Part shown: piece by piece, positions 1-12,979 of the stretch
Layout: every line of letters begins with the position of its first letter
Position numbering within the stretch: position 1 is the stretch's first letter
NCBI GenBank assembly: GCA_002633005.1
Contig: NMRA01000405.1
Location: 22,702-86,701 of the forward strand
Length of the DNA: 64,000 bases
Reading direction: 5' to 3'
Origin: Phoronis australis
Taxonomy: Eukaryota; Animalia; Phoronida
Notes under the pieces: generated by a model
What the model was told of the DNA's origin: nothing
The model's database searches: none
The model's input: only the letters and a program-made list of their open reading frames with translations
Translations under genes and position numbers: made by a program

Positions 1-569
1 CGCAACCATGAAATAACCCTATACAGATCAAGATGTGGTCTATTCCTAAACAACGAGAAATTTAGACATAATTTTAATAATATTTCGCCTCTGTGTTCCT
101 GTGGAGATACCCAGACATATCCTCATGTTTTCTTTGCTTGTGAGGTATGCAAGGAGGAGAGGGTACAGCTCTTCCAGGCACTCGAACAATACCCCAATGT
201 TTATAAAAAATATTCTGAAAGTCCGCAATTGTACAACAAAATTAATTTCTTTCTGTATGGATGTCAAGAACTTAACTCAAATGAAAATAAGGTTTTATTT
301 GAAATAGTATCAGAATTTCTTTATAACATTAAATCTCTTTGTGTGAGTGGATAGAATTTTATACATCTGTATGAAAATGAATTGTTTTCATTCGTTATCA
401 TATATCATTGTATTCTTAACATCAGTTTTTTTTTATTTATGTATTCGCATATAATCATTGTATATAGACTTCTTTGTATTTTTTTTACCCAGATCTAATG
501 CCTCTTGGCGCTTTCTGGGTTATGTATATTCATTGTTTTCTGAAGATTTCGTAATAAACATTAAAAAAG
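1..569 (+). mobile_element. 3' end of a non-LTR retrotransposon (CR1/L2/Daphne-like LINE): ORF2 C-terminus, 3' UTR and A-tail
   Basis: Frame 1 is open from 1 to TAG at 352-354 and reads ...SPLCSCGDTQTYPHVFFACEVCKEER...FFLYGCQELNSNENKVLFEIVSEFL, the CCHC-like tail typical of CR1/L2-group ORF2. It is followed by a stem-loop (ACCCAGA 487-493 / TCTGGGT 514-520), AATAAA 553-558 and a short A-run. Confidence 0.75.
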
Positions 570-1557
570 AATCGGACACAACTGAAGCCCGTGGAACCGA
601 ACCTTTATAGATAAACTGTGTTGTTTTTCTTCCTGAGCCCCAGCCAGGGGCCTGAAGCACATTTGGACGGATTAGAAATACCGCCTTTCATATAATAGAA
701 TGAAAGAAAAGAGTGCCAGACGCATAAAACTAACTTACTTGTGTATCAGTAATGTTATCCAGAGAGGATTCGTTTTGGATTTACTGCAACTCGAATGAAT
801 AGACTCAGCACAAGTGACCCAGCGATCTCTATCAGGTTGAGGCTACGTGGGTGAAAGCGTGTTTTCCGATTGTTCACTTCATGTTTAGTTCCATTAATTC
901 TCAAAGCGAAACTCGTGAGTTTGAGTGTACTTTAGTTATTTCAACGTGGATGACATTGCATTTTGTAGAAAGGTACAAAAAACCGTGTCATTGGCTGTCC
1001 TGCCAAACCGTTTGTTCTTACAATGGAATTTTGCACTTTTAGATGCTTTTGACCGTCTATAATAATTTTGTAACACAACATCTAACTAAACAAGCACTTA
1101 TTTTGGGAAATAATTGAGTAATCATGCATTTTAAAGAAAAAATAATGATCCTTTGGTTTTCCGCCAGGTGACGCCATCAGTGGAAGACATTATAAAAACG
1201 TAGAGCCAGTTTGACGAGTATTATGAAGACAGGTTTGGAGATGGGGGTGAAGACGACACTCAGGCCGTAGATAAAACAGGTAATGATTTAGACCTGTTCG
1301 CCAGAAAACCCAGGAGTTCACTCTCCACGAACCGAATGAAATTAAAGATATCGCTCAAATTGGAATTCCGAAGTTAGAGCCGTGCATGTATTTATACTTT
1401 CTGCTGTTATTGTGGAATGTACTTCTCACCTGGTTGAGAAGTCATTTTTCACCACGGTGGAAAGTACCACAAAAGTAAAAAAACGTCATGTACCGGCCAC
1501 CGTGGTGTACACTCAGTGTTTCACTATAGTTTTGAGTAAAATGGGAAAGTGTTCTTT

Positions 1558-1740
<183 letters not shown>

Positions 1741-2801
1741 GAAAACTAACATTTTTCATTTTGTCTACGACGTGCGTGCATATGTGTCGTAACTACGTCT
1801 CTGATTTGGAACAACAAAGTTTTTAAAGTAGTTGACTGATATGAATTGAAAAACTCTGAGAGTGTCTCTCGAAGTCTTCAAACGATTTTGTTGGGAATTT
1901 TGTAAGAAAATGCATTCTTCCGCAGAGGTTTTTTCAGAAACGTATCCTTTCGTAGGGAGATAGGATCTGAAAAAGTTAACCTTATGAGCAGCACGTCGTA
2001 CCTCTTGTATGGAAGAACCCCCGGGTTCCTTGATAAGAGTTGACTGTAAACTACTGTGCGTGAACTTCGTGTATGTGTGAACTTGGAATACACGAGGAAA
2101 CTTGACAAGTTTACTCAAATAATCACGTTCACGTTGATAAAATTTGCACTGCATCAAATCAAACTACGTTAATAAATATAGATTATTACCTGTTCTCAGT
2201 CGTTATCCCCCTTATCTAGAGCCCTCTTGGATTTTGTAGAATTATCACCCTCGGGGCGTTCTATTTATACCACATACTGGACGAGAAACATTGCAATGAA
2301 TCGATCTACCTTTCTCGACTCACCTCGGCTTTGTAACTACTTTCTATGTCAGAGGCCCGGGGTCGGAGGTCGTGACCTTTTAAGAAAAGCCAAGATATTT
2401 TTGTAAAATAATGCTTTTACTCAAAACCAATTGAAAAATAAAACAAAATAGAAATAAATTGAATCTATAAATTAAGGTTTAGCAACTGTTATAGCTTACT
2501 ACACATTTTATCACGCTAAGCTTCGACCGGGAGGATATCGTCTGCTAATGTAGGTCACGTCACCACTAGTAACTGACTATAATGCTCAAGTCAAAGGATC
2601 CCGACGACACGACAAATTGGAAATTGGTGATTTACAAGTGAGAGAACACGAGAGAAAATTTTCACTGAATTAAAATATCGTTTTTATGGAAATTATGCGT
2701 CTTATGTTTCATAGCGTATAATTGTAGGTGCAATGGCCTTTGCTGAACATGCGATTGTTGCGCGTGCTCATTAAGTATTTTCGCGTTCGATGACGTCAGC
2801 C

Positions 2802-2870
2802 GCTGAGTGGTGTAGTGGTAAAGTCGGCGACTCGCTACTGTTGAGGCCGGTTTCGAATCCGGCCTCAGTT
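2802..2870 (+). pseudogene. tRNA-derived sequence (SINE head or tRNA pseudogene)
   Basis: A-box-like TGGTGTAGTGG, B-box-like GTTTCGAATCC in a GCCGG/CCGGC T-stem, and a GCTGAG/CTCAGT acceptor-like stem. The anticodon arm is irregular. Confidence 0.5.
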
Positions 2871-2923
2871 TCCCGGAAAAATGTTATCTCACTGGTGAGA
2901 TAACGTTATGGGTTATTACACGG

Positions 2924-3081
2924 TTTTATACCACAATATTAGCCTCGAATGGCAGATACATATAGATTATTACATGGCGAAGTCGTTATCCCCCGCTATC
3001 TAGAGCCCGAGTGGATTTTGGACTTCGCCATGTAATAATCTATATGTATCTGCCATTCGAGGCTAATATTGTGGTATAAAA
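2924..3081. repeat. Perfect 61-bp inverted repeat with 36-bp spacer (foldback/MITE-like)
   Basis: 2924-2984 is the exact reverse complement of 3021-3081. A diverged copy of part of the left arm plus the spacer occurs at ~2176-2236. Confidence 0.9.
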
Positions 3082-3254
3082 TAACGTACCTTTTGCAACT
3101 TCTAGCGGATCTTATCAATTAATTTCCCATTCACATAATTCCCCCGATTACTTGACACAAGTCACGTTTAAGGAGAAAATGGGTGATCATGAGGCCAATA
3201 ATTACAAAAAGTCCTTACACTGAACAAAAAAGTCACCTGATTGACCGAATGAAT

Positions 3255-3425
3255 GTTCAATTCCAAGTTCTCGCATATATACACGATCTTGAGATTAAGA
3301 AGGATTCCAAGTTCACCCATTGATAAACCACTGCCAAGCGCTGTTGTGTTGTACTTCAACTTGGAATAAACTTTTATTCCAAGCTCACGCAAGTGATCTT
3401 GAGATTAAGCAAGAACTTGCGACAT
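3255..3425. repeat. Dispersed repeat rich in TTCCAAGTT / CTTGAGATTAAG motifs (related copy at ~8515-8675)
   Basis: Shared motifs ATTCCAAGTTCAC and ATCTTGAGATTAAGCA occur in both orientations at both loci. Confidence 0.65.
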
Positions 3426-5858
3426 CTAGTGTGCAACTGTTAACTAAAATTTCGAATGGTGGACATGAACTCGTTTGTCGTGAGTTATTGTTTCTGTTTT
3501 AATTATTTTTATTGCCATTCTGTATGTTATTCTGGTCTTGGTAGTTGTTTCCAAAGGTGGTTTGACTGGGATGGTTGAGTTTGTGACTGAGGGGCTGAAA
3601 TGACTGGCAACCTGGGACCTTTGCAATGAAAAGAATTAAGATTATTAAGAGCCAGGATACAATGAATGTACCGTACCGAGAGATGTTTTGGATTGAACAG
3701 TTTGTCATGCACCGTTGTACCTGCCACCTCACCCCTCCCCCCCGTGTATACGCCAGTGCTTGGAGCTCGCAATTTGCTCGTACTTGGTGGAAGTGTTTTC
3801 ATTTATATCTCACTTATTACATCGCCAATCGCTGCCAGCATGGCCTAAGCAGGGATCTGTAATTTTTTCTTATCTGATTAAGGAAGAAGTTCAGATAACG
3901 CTTGTTGAGTAAAAGTCTTATTTTTGGCAAATAAAGTGGAAATACTCATATCATTTTTAAACGTGCAATTTAATGAATATTAGTTTTTCATTGGTATACT
4001 GTGTGATGTCATCAGGTCTAAATATTGATGACTATCAGACAAAAGTTACAGAACACAACTCTCTGAAGTTCTGTTGACAGGTTTTGAATGTTCTCATAGA
4101 GATGATTATTAGACTTTTCTGGCCTGCGATATTTTTGCCTATCTCTGCTCAGTGCAGACCCACATAACAATACGCCAATGTATGTAAAGGCAGACAAAAG
4201 TGGCCCAGGGAAATAACACTGTCCATACCACTTGCTTTGATACAATAGCTTACAAACCACTGCCCAGCATTCGCTGTTTGAAAAGCAACCATGTTAGACT
4301 GAGTGAGGTAACATATGCGTATGCGTCTTTTGCACGTTGTCGACATCTCTAGATACAGTTGATAACATTTAACAATTGGACTGAAGCATGGTGGCATACA
4401 GTAATGTTTGATACAAATGTTCCCATGTGAGTGAGGAGCATACAGAGCCGGTGATAACATATCTAAGTTGTGTTAATTTTTCGTTATGCAAGATAGGTGA
4501 TTTTCAGCTTTTTATGCAGTTGTCATTGTCCTTGAAGGTTGTCTTCTATCAGGAACGTGTTTGTTCCATCAACGCTTTCATTTATAGGTTGTATTTAGTT
4601 GTCTATAGCATAGGCGGGAGCCCGCCCCCTCCCCCCTTGGCTGCCGCCAGCAAAATGAAACAGAAACAGCGTGAAGCGCGAAGAAAAAGAGAGTTCACTA
4701 ACTAGGACCGCTAGCGGATGGGGGGGAGGGCTCAGATACCAGATTGCAGTGGAATCGTGTTCCCGTTTTTTTTTAGTCCACAGATAAATTTTCGGAACAG
4801 AAGGTCTGCATCCTCAGCTCCCACAACTTTCGGGACCCCTGTGCATATACAATCGCGCTTTGCCCAATTCCCTGAGGCAACATGCTGGGCCGCCCCCCTT
4901 ATGGTATCCTAGATCCGCCACTGTATAGTACATAAAATACATGAATGCGATGGGTGATCTTGTTTGAATCTGCTGACAAATAAATTATCATTGTCAAAAT
5001 GTGGAAACAGAGAATGATAGATTTTCCATTTACTTGATTTTTTTATAGATTCAACATTCAACTACTGACAATAAATCTGGATCCTTGTTCACTTTTCAAA
5101 ACTCGTATATGTATTTGTCACAGGTATTATGCACGTCAACATGAAAACAATTTTGTCAGTAATGCGTATTTTTGAAGAGTTTTGTATGTAGTATTATCAT
5201 GTTTGCATAAAAGGAATTTAAACTATTCTATTTATTTTAAACAGGTTCCAAGCAGCTTCCTGTCTTCAAGAAAGTCACGGATAAGCGGAAGAGTCCCCCT
5301 CAACTGCAACGCAGCACATTCAAGCTACTAAATCAGGGACAAACAACTGGTCTCATTGACTGCACATGTTAGTGAACATCTTTTAAATCGCTTACACAGA
5401 ATCGGTGATAACCATTCGTGCTACTGTGCCCTGTCTGTAGGTCAACAGATTAGCCAAAGTTGGAAGACCCCATTTCATTGCTGTTACAGCATTTGAAGCT
5501 GCTTGCCAATGAATCACCTTAAATGCAGCATGTGTCCCTCTCAGGTCTATGTAACCTAATCTGCCTGATAGATCAGTCTATATTTCTTTTATTAAATTGC
5601 TACTGATGCTTTTTTAAAGCTAAGTTTGATGTACTGACATTGTCTGCTTACTTTGTTGTCAGGGTTTATGATTTTAGGCTATCTGATTGTTCACATTGCT
5701 AATTGCGTGACATCCTGGTGGCGTAAATGAAAAGTGTTATTCCACAGGGTGGTGGGTCAAAATTATCAAACTGTGTTCCAGACAATCAGAGGACAGAAGT
5801 ATCAGTTGTCATGTAATGAAACAACATGAGTAACCCAAAATTTAATGTCAGGACATAA

Positions 5859-6354
5859 GGTTATGTGGCACCTTACTGACAAATATCTACAAATTTAACT
5901 TTCTAAAACACTACTTTAATCCATGAAAGTAGAGAGTCTGTATATAATGACTTCATATGTCAATCTGCCATTAATTGGGTCCCTTGACCATATTTTCAAT
6001 AATATTCGGGAAAAGGGAATACATTCATAACAAAACAGTGGAGTCGATGACATGACCAATTTTCTTTTTATATAAATGTTCAAGATGGAATCTGAAAAAT
6101 GCCGATTTTGTTTTTAGTAACCCTTTTCGTTTTAATCAATGTTTGAGTTTTTCATGAAATTACTGAAAGTCCGTGTTTTAGCTAGCCCTCCCATGCCAAA
6201 GTAGATCAGTCAAAAGACAATCTCTAAAAGCCTGATGGGGAACAGTGCATAAAGTACAAGATCTGAAAGTTTTTATTGGAATCTTATCAGCCATTTGCAA
6301 GATATGTTTTCCGCTTCACCAAGTTTAGACATTTGTCTGGGATCTCCCATAACC
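5859..6354. mobile_element. Putative Kolobok-like non-autonomous DNA transposon
   Basis: Termini GGTTATG...CATAACC flanked by ATAA / TTAA. The TIR is short and there is no ORF. Confidence 0.35.
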
Positions 6355-9300
6355 TTAACCTGATGCTTGAACACTGTTCTTTTACTGAGCAGTGAATGAT
6401 GTCGTATAACTGTTGGTCTTCACATACGCCATATATTGATCACATCAGGTGTTGACTAACCGGTTAGCATAAAGTCCTGGGTTCAAACCTTGGTGGGGAC
6501 AGAGAGCATTTTAGATGTAACTATGTATGTATCACCTGATGCCAACAAGTTGACAACAGAAGTCTCCAAGACTGCCAAATTTGGATAAACTTCTTGCTAG
6601 AATAATTTTTCAGTTTACCTAGTCGAACTTTCGTCAGAGTTGAATTTCGACATTGTGTCTAGTCCTTAATTTTTTGTTTGTGACCGGTCTTGCGCAATAA
6701 GTTGTTTTTGTTGATATTTAGCTAGAATTGGATTGGATTCTATTGGAAAAGAAACAAATATTTCATTAGCCTTGTCAAATTACGACATTGTGTAATTTAG
6801 TTTGAAAAATACTGTATGCCAGCCTTTGTACCTTTACAGAGTATGTTCTATGTTGTATTATAATTTGGTGGTACGTTGGAAAAAATAACTTAGACCTGTC
6901 CATGCAGATATTGTTAAAGCAAAGTCTCATTCTTATTTTTAAATATCTTTAAAAACTATCCACCATTTTCGTTGTAACATACATCATCTCCAGTGAGAGA
7001 CTACGCTCTACCTGCACTAACATGGAGAACATGTTTTCCGTGACTCCCTGAGCTTTCCAAAATGAATGGGCCCAACTCGAGGATTTCATTTTTGTCTATG
7101 AAAGTGTCTCATTAAAGGTATTAAATTTTTTTATAAAATTGAAAATGTGAAACCCCATAATGTTTTAAGTACTTGTTAAGTTTGAAATTTTGTAGAAGAC
7201 GAATGCTAATGTGTTAGAGTAGTATCAAGAACAGGAATTTCGTTTATAGTTTAATGTAATCGGCGCGAGAAAGCTTGCTTCACCAGTTAGTTTTTTTGTG
7301 AAATGAAAAGACATTGATTCCAAGTTTGCTTATTAAAGGGAACAGTATTTTGTTTTGAATTAGTTTAGCATACAGCTTTGTACCAAGGCAAGGGCAACGA
7401 GTGGTGTCCTATGTCTGCCCTCTTGGACGACACCTTTTTCGCAGAGTTTGAACAACTAGGTGCCATACAAAAGGCACGGAGAATTTTTTACTACACTGGC
7501 AAACAGTAAATAATAAGAATCGGTGATACATTTATAAAACGCAATGTAAACTCTATCCACTCAATGCCCCAATATGGAGCAGAAATATGTGATAAGCAGT
7601 CGATGCCCTGTCAATCACTGACATATCAGCCAATCAGAGATTGCTGTCAGCGTTAGTGTTTTTACAATAAAATGTGAATCAGTTTTGTTTGGATCGCAAC
7701 TCGGGCAAATGTGAGTTTTATGTGTATGTTAGAACCGGTTTACTGCTGCATTATTTTTACTACAGTCTCTTTTAAACTTGGCATTGGGTAAAAAGTAATC
7801 GCCGATAATTTACAGGGACAGAAAAAATTGTCTTGTAATCTTTCAGGGAATGCTTACTTCACAACATAGGGTTTGTAAAGCGAAAACAGAATGGCCTGCT
7901 TAAACGTGGAATTCGGAAGAATAACGTGTTCAAAAGTCTCAAGATAAGAAAAAAGTTGTGCTTACAACATATTCTAACCAGCCAGAAAATGTTTGGTTCA
8001 CCAAGTGACTTTGTAAAGCTAATAAAAAATCATTCCAAGTTTAAGCAAGGGCGTGGCTTGCTTAAACTTGGAATTAGGTACATGTAGAAAAAACTGCGAA
8101 TGCGCTCAGAAATGCTCAAAAGGTAATAGAAGAAAACATTTAAAATGTATTGCAGCCAGTTAGAGAATCTTTAATTCATCTCTTGATCAAACGTCAACCA
8201 GGCACTAATTTCAAACATCTAGCTAGTATTTTCATATTGGAATAGGCAGCAACACAGAAATAATACTACTCAAATGACCACCTTAGCCGTAGGGCTATGA
8301 CATTGAATGCCCGGTGCATTACTGAGGGACATGTAATCACAATACAGTCCTTAAATGATTTTTTATTCCAGTCCCTCGGTACTAACCAGTATTCATGACC
8401 AGGCCACGGAAGCTTTATCTCGATTTTTTAGAAATCTTTTCTCTCCGTAGCCTACCGGTTCAGTAACGATTTCAGCCCAAGCGCCTTGTTCTGTGATTGT
8501 GTGCCAGGCAGCCGCTTAATTCCAAGTTCACGCAAGATTCCAAGTTCACGTACGGGGTTTGGCAGTTTGCTTAATCTCAAGATCACTTGCTTGATCTTGG
8601 AATTCCAAGTTCACGTAACACTCACTTCCGCTTATTCTTGAGATTAAGCAGGATTCCAAGTTGAAGTACAACAAACACAACAAACATACTTGTCGACATA
8701 AAGGTGCCACATGTTATAAATGTGGGGAAGTTGAACATATTAAATCTATGTGTAAGTCAGAGCATGTTAAAACCGATTCGGGAACTATCAATAACGTGAG
8801 GCTTGGTGACCCTGATAATTTGCATTTGTATTACTGTAAGGCTTGTGAAGAGCCTCCAGTTTATGTAGCTGTAAATGTTGCCGGCCATGACATTTCTGTG
8901 GAAGTAGACTCTGGCGCTGCACGTACCACCATTGGTGAAGACCTTAACAAGGCGAGTTTTCGCAGTTTCATCTGGAGCCTCCAAATGTTACTCTTTTCGG
9001 GTATGACCAAGTACCCGTGTCCTTGCTTGGTGTTATTGAGGTGCCAGTCACATTTAAAGAGGAGCCCTCGAGAAAATTGCCTCTCGTTGTGGATAAGGGA
9101 AACCGTCCTTCGCTTTTTCGTAGAAACTGGAAACGAGAATCGGGAGTTAACTGGAATTCTCTCTTCAAGTTATCTTGTGAACCGCAAAATATTGATCTTC
9201 TTATCGCAAAGTACAAGAACCTGTTTATTAATAATGGCGAGGGAATCCGAGACTTCACTGCGTCTATCAGGCTTATACCTAATGCAAAAGCCACGTTTCA

Positions 9301-10409
9301 AAAAGCTCGTCCCGTTCCATGTTCAATTCAGGAGTCGGTGGAGGCCGAGCTCAGTCGCATGGAACTAAGTGGTGTTGTGGAGCGTGTGGAACATAATAAC
9401 TGGGCGTCGCCCACCGTGAACGTCAGGAAAGTGAAGTCTTCCGGTCCCACTATTCGCGTCTGTGGCGACTACAAATTATTGAACACTCAGTTAAAGGATG
9501 ACAAATATCCGTTACCTAATTCTCAAGACTTGTTAGCCAAGTTGGCACTTGACGATTCTACGCCGTTTGTGTTCTCTTCGCTTGATTTGGTGGGTGCATT
9601 TAATCAGTTGCAATTACATGTAGATGACCATTCTTCCGACTTACTCACCTTGAACACTCACAAGTATTTGTTGTGACCTCAACAAATATAACGTAAAGCT
9701 GCACAGATCAAAGTGTAAATTTGCTATGTTGGAGATCCAGTTTCTCGGACACTCCTTGCCGGTGGATGGCGTGCGACCCTTAGCCGACAAAGTGGCGGCT
9801 ATCTCACAGGTTCCTCGACCTAAAAATGCCTTGGATGAACTACAATCGTTTCTCGGAATGGTGAACTATTATGGCAAGTTCATTCGTAATTTGTCTAATC
9901 TGTTACACCCTTTGTATGCACTGCTGCATGGGGATGTCGAATGGCATCGGAGTGATGCCTGCGAGAAGTCGTTTGTTGAATGTAAGCGCCAGCTGTTAAG
10001 TGATCATGTGTTAGTGCACTACGATTCCAGAAGACCGCTTGTTCTAAGCTGTGATGCTAGTTCCTATGGCGTGGGAGCGGTTTTAAGCCACAAGATGCCT
10101 GATGGTTCGGATAAACCGATTGCATTCGCTTCTTGAACTCTTAGTTCTGCAGAAAAGAACTATGCACAAGTCGAGAAAGAGGGACTAGCTCTCATTTTTG
10201 GTGTGAAGCGTTTTCACATGTACTTATTTGGTCGTATGTTCACTCTTGTGACTGACCACGAGTCGCTTACTCGTATTTTGGGTCTAAGGCTGGAATTCCA
10301 ACGATCAGAGCTGCTCGTTTACAGCGCTGAGCACTGGTGTTATCCGGTTACCATTTTGAGATAGTGCACAAGCGATCACATCTGAATGCAATTGCTGATG
10401 CATTGAGTC

Positions 10410-11798
10410 GTGGATCAGCCAGAAACTGCGTCTAAAATGGAGAGTTACTCGATTCACTTTGTTACCGAGGACTTTATTCTGGTAACGGCATCTGAGATCC
10501 ATGATTCTACCCGTAAGGACCCGATTTTTTCTAGGGTATATGATTTTGTGTCACATGGCTGGCCTGATCATGTCGATAGTATTGAACTGCAACCATATTT
10601 TGTGCGCAGAGATGAAGTGTCACTTGAAGATGGATGCCTTTTGTGGGGCCATCGAGTTATTATACCACCCAAGTTTCAAGCTAAACTTATGTCGGATTTG
10701 CATGATTTGCATACCGGTATGGTGCGGATGAAATCGATCGCCAGGGGTTACTTTTGGTGGCCTGGCCTGGATAAGGACATTGAGGATTTAGTGCGTTCGT
10801 GTGGTTATTGTGCTCGATTTCGTAACATGCCAAAACCTTCGCCATTGATTCCGTGGCCATGGACAACCAGGCCCTGGCAGCAAGTACACATTGATTATGC
10901 TGAAAAGGATGATAAGGATTATCTTATTGTTGTGGATAGCCACTCCAAGTGGTTGGAGGTGTTTCCCATGTTGGGAACGACTTCAACTCACACCATTGTG
11001 AAATTACGTCAGCTGTTCGCGTCTTACGGCTTGCCGTATGAGCTTGTGTCAGATAATGGCCCACAGTTTCGATCCGCAGAATTTGAGACATTTCTACGCT
11101 TGAATGGTGTGAAGCACACGTTCAGTCCCATTTATCATCCTGCTAGTAATGGACAGGCGGAACGTTATGTGCAGATTTTCAAAGACATGTTAGACAAATC
11201 GGATACACGCTTGCCATTGTTGCATCGCTTATCGAACTTGTTGTTCTCATATCGCAACACGCCACATTCTGCCACTGACAAAACTCCAGCCGAACTATTT
11301 CTGAAACGTGCTCCACGCACTAATCTCACCCTGCTGAAACCGAACTTACAGGAATCTGTGGAAAGGAAGCAGAGTTGCCAGAAATTCACTCATGATGGTC
11401 AAACACCTAAACTGCGACAGTACAATCTTTATCAACATGTGCACGTTCGGCAAACACGCGGTGGGAAGGAGAAATGGATTCCAGGTGTTGTCACCAAGGT
11501 TACTGGACCATTGACATATGCAGTGCGAGTGTATGGAAACAATTATCGTTTCGTACATCCTGATCACCTTATTGCGGACGATTCTTCTATGCCTGAACGC
11601 GTTGAACTTAATTCAGAGCAGATATCTGCGGACCTGGCATCGATTGTGGCTAGCGATTCACCAGCTGAACCAATCAGTGTTTCAAACACGCATTCGGACT
11701 TGGGATTTTCGGACTCTTCACCTGTGTCCCCTATTGAACCGGTGTCATTGCGCAGGTCCACTCGTGTTACTAAGGCACCGGACAGATTGGATTTGTGA
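10410..11798 (+). pseudogene. Retrotransposon integrase region (longest intact pol fragment)
   Basis: 462-aa ORF with the integrase zinc-binding and DDE core motifs. Confidence 0.9.
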
Positions 11799-11932
11799 TT
11801 TTTGACTTAACTGAACATTAGTTTAAGTGTACATGTATTTGTAGTTCTCCTTGGACCTTTAGTGTTAATGGTGACTGAACTTTATTTTAAGGACACTTAA
11901 GCGGTTTGTTAGTCTCATGTAAGAGGGAGGAG

Positions 11933-12020
11933 TGTGCTCACTAGTTTGTGTTTGGGATCACGTGTTTTTAGTTAAGTAGAAATATACTATTTTCTTAGTA
12001 ATTATTAGTAATACACTACA
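11933..12020 (+). repeat. Candidate short or truncated 3' LTR
   Basis: Starts TG directly after the polypurine tract and reaches ...ACTACA at 12020. No matching 5' LTR is visible, so the right boundary is uncertain. Confidence 0.4.
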
Positions 12021-12979
12021 CGGCCCCTTAAGAATTTGGTTATCAAAACACGAAAATGGTGTCATCACTGGTACTCTTCAAGATTTGGGCCCTTAACTAT
12101 ATGATCTATATTTTCAAAAGTCAGGAAATGCAAAGATGTTATTTGCCTGGCTATCAATTTTCTCAAGTGATACACAATTTAGAGAAAGAACAGAGCGACA
12201 GTTGTATTTGTTATCTTTTGCTAGAGAAGGGCCTTTGGAAAATATAATTTTGCATTTCTGCATTTGCAAAACTGCCTTATTGAATTTAAATCTCCAGTGA
12301 ATTAATATGCTCCGTAAAAGCTTCGCTTAACGGAATTTCTCGATTTCCCAAAATAAATGTTTTCAAGGGCGTTTCTAGACGACCTACTTGTATGCAACAA
12401 AAACGGAGACCCTGACAACAATGTCCTGGCCAGAGTTCTCACAAGGTAAACCATGAACTGATACTGAGTTGTCAAATGTTCTCTTGAATTTTCACTCTTA
12501 TCCGTATTCGTAGTCTTTCCTTTCTCGACCATCCCCAGCCCCAAGCCTATGTCGGTTGCCATGGTTTAACCCTGACGCCTGCAAATTTTCTGGGGGCCAT
12601 GCCCCCGCTCCCCCACCCCCCCGCTTCCTACGGCGCGGCCTGTCTCCACATGAACTGAACAGTAAGATGTACAAAGCGTGACTGAGGCCACACAGCTACA
12701 TGTACCGGACAGTGAGGCTTTGCATTCAATGCAATCTCCATCCACTCCCAATTACCATTGACTCGTGGCGCTTTCAAGACATACTTGCTATTGTCATTCA
12801 CTGCTGCCAGTAGTCTGCAAGCGATACACTCTGTGGCGGCTGGTTTGAAGAACCAGTTATCTTTGTTGTGCGCCTTGTCAGAATGAACTTGTCCAGGAAC
12901 AGTAGAGAGACGATCACATGTGTTTGAAGTGCTGCACTTTCTGACTGTGTGTGTTCGTTGCTCCTCAGCACTGATACAG

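Larger units (their letters stand above)
8690..12020 (+). mobile_element. Degenerate, 5'-truncated Ty3/Gypsy LTR retrotransposon (gag knuckle-PR-RT-RNaseH-IN)
   Basis: Gag CCHC CYKCGEVEHIKSMC (8712), protease EVDSGAA, RT WASPTVNV..IRVCGDYK..YPLP..LDL, RNase H LSCDASSYGVGAVLSH, integrase H..H/CxxC, VHIDYA, SDNGPQF and SNGQAER in Gypsy order. It carries frameshifts, a TGA at 10134-10136 and an internal RT deletion. Polypurine tract AAGAGGGAGGAG at 11921-11932 is followed by TG. Confidence 0.95.

Noticed and set aside
1168-1279. Exon-like segment with AG and GT boundaries and an acidic peptide
   Set aside because: The most plausible frame has an in-frame TAG and no partner coding exons were found; at most a non-coding or pseudo-exon.
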